From Promethearchaeota archaeon (GTDB lineage: Archaea > Asgardarchaeota > Lokiarchaeia > Sigyniarchaeales > SOKP01): 22,964 nt of DNA. This document shows, in pieces, positions 17,864-22,964 of the stretch (position 1 is its first letter; every line of letters starts with the position of its first letter). The stretch spans positions 1 through 22,964 of the forward strand of contig JBHLLU010000061.1 in the NCBI GenBank assembly GCA_048938895.1, read 5' to 3'. Made by a program: the position numbers and the translations under genes. The notes beneath the pieces are model-generated. The model saw only the letters and a list, made by a program, of their open reading frames with translations, was not told where the DNA came from and did no database searches.

Positions 17864-18526
17864 ATGACATCAGATTTAACAACTAATTTAGTTGAACTTG
17901 AACGTGACAAAGTATTATCTGAAGTAAAAGAACGTCTCAATCAAAACGAAGATCCAATGAATATATTCGATGAATGTAAGCAAGGTATGGAAACCGTGGG
18001 TGATAAATATAAAAATAAGGAATATTTTCTTGCGGAACTAATGCTTTCAGGAGATCTTTTTAGAGAAGTTATGGAACTTATCGAACCCAAGTTAGGTAAA
18101 GTAGAAACCGAAGGAAATATTAAAGGTAAAATCGTACTTGCCACAATCCAAGGGGATATTCATGACTTAGGGAAGGATATTTTCGCTACTCTCCTTAAAT
18201 TAGAAGGTTTTGAAGTTCACGATTTGGGTGTAGACGTTAATCCCGATATTGTCGTTGAAAAAGTAAAAGAAATTCAGCCCGACTTTCTTGGTTTTTCTGC
18301 GCTTCTTACCATAACTTTTGATCCTATGAAAGAAGTAATTGAAAAATTAGAAAAAGCTGGACTTCGGGATAAAATGAAGATATTGGTAGGTGGAGGAATC
18401 ACAACCCCACTCGTAAAAGATTACACAGGGGCAGATTTTCAAACTGTTGATGCCATGGAGGGAGTTAATTATTGTCTAGAGATAATTAAATTAAGAGTTC
18501 AAATTAGAGCGCGGGGGGGAATATAA
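17864..18526 (+). CDS. Methyltransferase-cognate corrinoid (B12-binding) protein, MtbC/MttC-like
   Basis: Cap domain GMETVGDKY...YFLAELM, plus GDIHDLGKD (DxHxxG), SALLT and LVGGG. The ATG at 17864 is preferred to the TTG at 17807. Confidence 0.9.
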   Translation: MTSDLTTNLVELERDKVLSEVKERLNQNEDPMNIFDECKQGMETVGDKYKNKEYFLAELMLSGDLFREVMELIEPKLGKVETEGNIKGKIVLATIQGDIHDLGKDIFATLLKLEGFEVHDLGVDVNPDIVVEKVKEIQPDFLGFSALLTITFDPMKEVIEKLEKAGLRDKMKILVGGGITTPLVKDYTGADFQTVDAMEGVNYCLEIIKLRVQIRARGGI

Positions 18527-18528
18527 AA

Positions 18529-19671
18529 ATGAAAGAAGAATATATGACTCCTCAAGAGAGAACAACAGCTGCGATAAACTTGGAAAAGCCAGATCGTGTA
18601 CCAATTGCTCCTATTGTAGGTATGGACTTACCTGCGACATATTATGGGTTAAATATAGCGGAATTGCATAGAGAACCTATAAAAGCTATTGAGGCAATGG
18701 TCAAATTTTTTGATGAATTTGGAGGTTGGGATGGATATTCTACTCTACCACTTATTAAGATAGGATATATCTTAGGAGGATTAAAATTTAAAGCACCGGG
18801 ACAAGAATTGCCCGATGCTCCGGGTTATTATGGACAGTTTGATGAAGGAGAGTGGATGAAAGTAGAAGATTATAAAACTATTGCGGAAGTTGGATGGGGT
18901 AAATTTGTCGCTGATGAGTATATTTATCGGATCAGTGATTGGACTCCCGAAGATGTACAAGAATATAGAAAGATATATTTTCAGTTCGCTTTGAAAGGTG
19001 GGGAAGAATTCAATATAAAAAGAAAAATGGGAATGAGGACAGGAGCTAATCGTGTTCATCCTTTTTTTCTTCTTTCCCTAAATCGGTCCATGCTAAAATT
19101 CACTCAAGATCTCTATTATAGACCTGAATTAGTCGAAGCAGCACTCGATACTATGACAGATGGTTTAATAAAAAGCACCATAGCACAATGCAAAAGTAAT
19201 GGTGGTAATGTAGTATTTATACCTGAAGAAAGAGCAGAAGGTGCTGTTTATCCCTTAAAGATTTTTGAGCGATTCTGGTGGCCCTATACGAAAAGAATAG
19301 TAGAAAGCTTATTTGATGAAGGAATTATTTCATGGCTCCATCTTGACCAATGTTGGGACCTAAATATCCCTTACTTTAAGGAATTACCAAAAGGATCAAG
19401 TATAATTGACCTTGATGGACTCACAGACATATTTAGAGCAAAAGAAATCCTAAAAGATCATTTATGTATAATGAGCGATGTAAGCGGATCTCTATTTGCT
19501 ATAGGCACACCAAAACAAGTTGAAGATTACGTTAAAAAACTCATTGACAAACTTGGTGTTGATGGAGGTCATATTTTGAGTTCAGGTTGCGAAGTACCTC
19601 CAACTTGTAAACCAGAAAACTTCCGAACTTTTCTTCAAACTGGTAAGACTTATCAATTATCAAAAGAATAA
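18529..19671 (+). CDS. Uroporphyrinogen decarboxylase/MtaA-CmuA family protein, probable corrinoid methyltransferase
   Basis: MTPQER...AINLEKPDRVP, FERFWWPY, WLHLD, GTPKQV, GGHILSSGCEVP. Starts 2 nt after the corrinoid gene. Confidence 0.8.
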   Translation: MKEEYMTPQERTTAAINLEKPDRVPIAPIVGMDLPATYYGLNIAELHREPIKAIEAMVKFFDEFGGWDGYSTLPLIKIGYILGGLKFKAPGQELPDAPGYYGQFDEGEWMKVEDYKTIAEVGWGKFVADEYIYRISDWTPEDVQEYRKIYFQFALKGGEEFNIKRKMGMRTGANRVHPFFLLSLNRSMLKFTQDLYYRPELVEAALDTMTDGLIKSTIAQCKSNGGNVVFIPEERAEGAVYPLKIFERFWWPYTKRIVESLFDEGIISWLHLDQCWDLNIPYFKELPKGSSIIDLDGLTDIFRAKEILKDHLCIMSDVSGSLFAIGTPKQVEDYVKKLIDKLGVDGGHILSSGCEVPPTCKPENFRTFLQTGKTYQLSKE

Positions 19672-19723
19672 AACTGCTATAAATTTAAATTCATTTATTG
19701 AAAATTAAGTATTTTTTATAACT

Positions 19724-20209
19724 ATGAAAACACTAATCATATATTTTACAATGGGGGGAAGAACGAAGAAAACAGCGGAGACAATCGCAGGTGTGCTAAC
19801 CAATTATGAAGTGAGCTACTTTCCAATAGAATTAACAGGGAAATTTAGAGAAAAGATAAAAATGTTAGATAAATTCGAGAATAAAGACTTTGCTATAATA
19901 GAGGCTGATTTAAATAATCTTGATGCTCAACCTTATGATCTAATTATTTTTGGTATGCCTACATACGGAAATTTTCCACCAAAAATTTTTGATGAAATCG
20001 TAGTTAAAATGAAAAAAATTAGCGGGAAAAGAATAATTGTATTCAATACAGCTCGTTTTACTGGTGGAAAAGCACTTGATTATATGAAAGCTAAAGTGGA
20101 GGAAGCAGGTGCTCAAGTAATCAAACAATCCAAATTCAGAAAATTATTTTGGATTGGTACAAAAAATGCTCTTAAATTTGGTAAGGAAATCAATCAAAAT
20201 CGGGAATAA
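19724..20209 (+). CDS. Flavodoxin-like protein
   Basis: IYFTMGGRTKKTAETIA (FMN phosphate loop), YDLIIFGMPTYG, IVFNT. Confidence 0.85.
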   Translation: MKTLIIYFTMGGRTKKTAETIAGVLTNYEVSYFPIELTGKFREKIKMLDKFENKDFAIIEADLNNLDAQPYDLIIFGMPTYGNFPPKIFDEIVVKMKKISGKRIIVFNTARFTGGKALDYMKAKVEEAGAQVIKQSKFRKLFWIGTKNALKFGKEINQNRE

Positions 20210-20247
20210 GTTTTAAAGTAAGACTTTTGTAAGATTACATAAAAAAA

Positions 20248-20265
20248 TAAGGAATATATTCCTTA
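20248..20265. repeat. 18-bp perfect palindrome between convergent genes (possible bidirectional terminator)
   Basis: TAAGGAATATATTCCTTA is its own reverse complement and is preceded by an A-run. Confidence 0.55.
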
Positions 20266-20270
20266 ATTGT

Positions 20271-21215
20271 TTACATTATTTTTTGTTTGAAAATTTCTAA
20301 AGGATCTTCTATTCTAGATTTTCGTAAAGATAAGACAATTTTATCAATTCCCATATTTTCCATTTCATTAGATTTTTGTTTGATATCTTCAGGAAATCCT
20401 ATAAACTGATGTTCTAATAAGTATTCTTTTGTTGGTTTCATTGGTCCTGGTGCATTTTTTATAGTATCTTCTATTATTTTATCCAAATCTTGCTGATCTT
20501 CTACGATAGTAAATGATGTAAAAAGAGAAATCTCAAAATTATCTCTTTTTTTTTTATATTTGTTTAGATTTTGATTAATCTCTGATAATTTACTAGCCAA
20601 TTGACGCTTTAAAAATATAGTCTGACTTGGATAACCCAGATTTACCCCATCAGTTTCCCTGCAAGCGATATCAGTCATTCTTTTTCCAGTAGTACCGAGA
20701 ACAATTTGGGGATATGGTTTTTGAATTGGTTTAGGGAAATTTCTATTTCGCTCTAGTTTCCAAAATTTCCCTTCAAAATCGGTGACATCTTCAGTAAACA
20801 TTTTCTTATAGATGGTTAATGATTCCTCAAGTTCGTCAACCCTTCTTTTTGGCGTGGGAAATGGATACCCATATGCGTTATACTCTTCTTCATACCAACC
20901 AGCACCCAACCATAATAACGCTCGACCATTAGAAATAACATCTAATGTAGAAATCATCTTCGCTAAATACGAAGGATTTCGATATGAATTACAAATTACA
21001 ATATTTCCTAACTTAATTCTCTTGGTTTCAATAGCTAGAGCAGCTAAAAGCATTAAAGCCTCTAAATATGGTTCTTTTTTATCTTGAGTCGCATCAAATC
21101 CGATAAAGTGGTCATTTAAATGAGCTGAATCAAATCCTAATTCTTCGACTCTTAAAGTCAAATCTCTAATCTTAGAATATTCTAAAGGAATTCTTACATA
21201 ATACCCAAATTTCAT
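20271..21215 (-). CDS. LLM-class (luciferase-like) oxidoreductase, probably F420-dependent
   Basis: EELGFDSAHLNDHF, YRNPSYLAKMISTLDVISNGR, LGAGWYEEEYNAYG, PKPIQKPYP. Confidence 0.88.
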   Translation of the reverse strand: MKFGYYVRIPLEYSKIRDLTLRVEELGFDSAHLNDHFIGFDATQDKKEPYLEALMLLAALAIETKRIKLGNIVICNSYRNPSYLAKMISTLDVISNGRALLWLGAGWYEEEYNAYGYPFPTPKRRVDELEESLTIYKKMFTEDVTDFEGKFWKLERNRNFPKPIQKPYPQIVLGTTGKRMTDIACRETDGVNLGYPSQTIFLKRQLASKLSEINQNLNKYKKKRDNFEISLFTSFTIVEDQQDLDKIIEDTIKNAPGPMKPTKEYLLEHQFIGFPEDIKQKSNEMENMGIDKIVLSLRKSRIEDPLEIFKQKIM

Positions 21216-21303
21216 AGTAGTGAAAAGAAAGAAAATTCTAATAAAAATTTTAGTTTTATAAAAATATGCAAATTCAAAAAGAGATGATAAAATGAATTAT
21301 TGA

Positions 21304-22233
21304 TTAATCTGGTTTGTAGTAAAATGAATTATTATCTGCTTCTAAAATACAATTTTCTAATGTTTTAAGTATTTCATCTCGATATGGGAGAGGAGCATTA
21401 TAATAAGGATTTGCGAATGAACCTTTCCGGGAGATTCCAAATTTAACCATCAAATAAAAATCTTTGAAAAATCGTTCTATATTAAAAAATCTATTAAATT
21501 TGTCAGATTCTTCTACATACTGCCAAAATCTTTTTTCCTTTAAGACATCATATATTGAAATTAACCACTCTTCAATCTCGTGAAGTCTAAATTTATTTCG
21601 TAATAATGCCGTATAAACTGCTGAAGCAATTCTTAATTCTTCCTTCCCATTGAATATTATCGGGGAAGGTGAAGCTAATTTCTGTTTAAAAATTTGGAAT
21701 ATTTGAAGAATTTCTTCTTTTTGTATAAAACGGTGTTTAGCAAAATCCCTAAATAGATCGGCACCATGGGCGATCGAATGAGCCCAACCTTTCCCAATTA
21801 CATAAGATCTATAATCTTTTTCTTGCTGATAGTATTCTAGTGCAGTATTAAACCATCTCTTTACAATTTCGGGTGTTAAAAATGAATTTTTTCCTTTTAT
21901 TTCTCCATTTTCGCAAATTTCATCGAAATTCAATATCCCTGCTACCTCTAGTGCAGCAAACGCCCGTAAAAATACGAGGTCAGATATATTTTTGTCTAAT
22001 CCTGCATGTGTAAGGGATATAAGTTGATCACCCAGCGAAATTAGAGCTGCATTATCATATTCTCCATTCATAATCCACGTATATAAAATATCTAAACATC
22101 CTTCCCTAATATCGGAATTGATATCACCTAAATGTTCAATCAACATAGGGGTTATTTCAATTAAAGATGATTCTAAAGGGATCTGAAAATTATTTTCTAT
22201 TATAGATTTGATTTGTTCTATTGTTAGTTCCAT
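21304..22233 (-). CDS. DUF2785-family helical-repeat protein
   Basis: VFLRAFAAL and DYRSYVIGKGWAHSIAHGAD resemble the family motif. Confidence 0.7.
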   Translation of the reverse strand: MELTIEQIKSIIENNFQIPLESSLIEITPMLIEHLGDINSDIREGCLDILYTWIMNGEYDNAALISLGDQLISLTHAGLDKNISDLVFLRAFAALEVAGILNFDEICENGEIKGKNSFLTPEIVKRWFNTALEYYQQEKDYRSYVIGKGWAHSIAHGADLFRDFAKHRFIQKEEILQIFQIFKQKLASPSPIIFNGKEELRIASAVYTALLRNKFRLHEIEEWLISIYDVLKEKRFWQYVEESDKFNRFFNIERFFKDFYLMVKFGISRKGSFANPYYNAPLPYRDEILKTLENCILEADNNSFYYKPD

Positions 22234-22271
22234 TTTTTTGCTCCAATTTATTCATGATTTAATTAATCGAT

Positions 22272-22964
22272 TTATTGAAACTCTTTCGGTATATGAACAG
22301 CAAACTTACAAAGTAATCCTCCTGTGAGAGGTGTTTCAATTGGTTCTACATTAGTCGACTGACCGAAAATTATATCCCAATATTTCTTAGTATATCCTGC
22401 ACTACAATAACAAAATTGAGAAAAAAGGTCTCCCTTTGTTCCATTTTTAATCGCACTTCGTATCCATGGACAATAACAACTATAAAATCCTTGCATATTC
22501 TTATCTTTTGCAACTAAAAACATTTTAGTTTGATAAGGTAATTTGGCAGTAATAATTTTATTCCCATTTCTTATTCCGGGATTGATTGAAGGAGTACTTT
22601 TTACAAATTCTATTACTTGATCATCGATATATTGTGCGAATTCAAGAGTTCCATCTTGCTTATGCTTTTGAAGTCTTTTAATGAGTTCTTTTTTTTTGAT
22701 GTGTAAGAATTCATCAATGTCATTTAGCTTTAAAAAAAGTTTTCTATCCTCCTCAAGCGGGCCAGGATAACCATGTAAACAAGGTTTTAGCAGTTCGACT
22801 GTTTTTTCTCCACCAATTTTCTCTTCTAATCTTTTCATTATTATCTTGGTAAATTCTGGTTTTTTTTCAGGATCAACACCTAAAGGTGGAACTTCAATCT
22901 CTTTAAAAATTTCATCTCGTAAATTCTCTCCAAATTGTTCAGCAACTCGTTGGTAGAGATTATT
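22272..22964 (-). CDS. Cys-rich conserved hypothetical protein (DUF6144-like), 5' end outside the window
   Basis: The frame stays open upstream of the ORF-track ATG at 22838 to the window edge (NNLYQRVAEQFGENLRDEIF...). Motifs CYCPW, FCYCSAGY and GGLLCKF. Confidence 0.65.
   Translation of the reverse strand, partial: NNLYQRVAEQFGENLRDEIFKEIEVPPLGVDPEKKPEFTKIIMKRLEEKIGGEKTVELLKPCLHGYPGPLEEDRKLFLKLNDIDEFLHIKKKELIKRLQKHKQDGTLEFAQYIDDQVIEFVKSTPSINPGIRNGNKIITAKLPYQTKMFLVAKDKNMQGFYSCYCPWIRSAIKNGTKGDLFSQFCYCSAGYTKKYWDIIFGQSTNVEPIETPLTGGLLCKFAVHIPKEFQ

Noticed and set aside
4699-21087. Short antisense ORFs inside long genes (4699, 5466, 6535, 7054, 8584, 13777, 15485, 15887, 17941, 18781, 19940, 20812)
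   Set aside because: They overlap well-supported genes on the opposite strand and show no family motifs.

Overview
AT-rich archaeal-looking DNA with GGTGA/GGAGG ribosome-binding sites and oligo-T terminators. Gene content and a eukaryote-like SECIS suggest an Asgard archaeon such as Lokiarchaeia (inference). The core is a co-directional anaerobic redox cluster at 2650-16478. It encodes a QueG/reductive-dehalogenase-like protein, an HdrC/CCG protein with a whole GltD-like flavoprotein inserted into its first CCG domain, two tungsten AOR-family enzymes (one with an Fe-S subunit) flanking an Fe-alcohol dehydrogenase, then hdrA, vhuD/mvhD and an fdhB-like gene. The ORF track splits hdrA and misses vhuD entirely because each has two in-frame TGA codons at conserved Cys positions, i.e. 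four probable selenocysteines. One AUGA/AA/GA SECIS-like hairpin lies just 3' of vhuD and may serve both cistrons. Flanking genes are a partial RapA-like SNF2 helicase, an SBBP beta-propeller protein, a corrinoid protein plus UroD-like methyltransferase, flavodoxin, an LLM oxidoreductase, DUF2785 and a partial Cys-rich protein.
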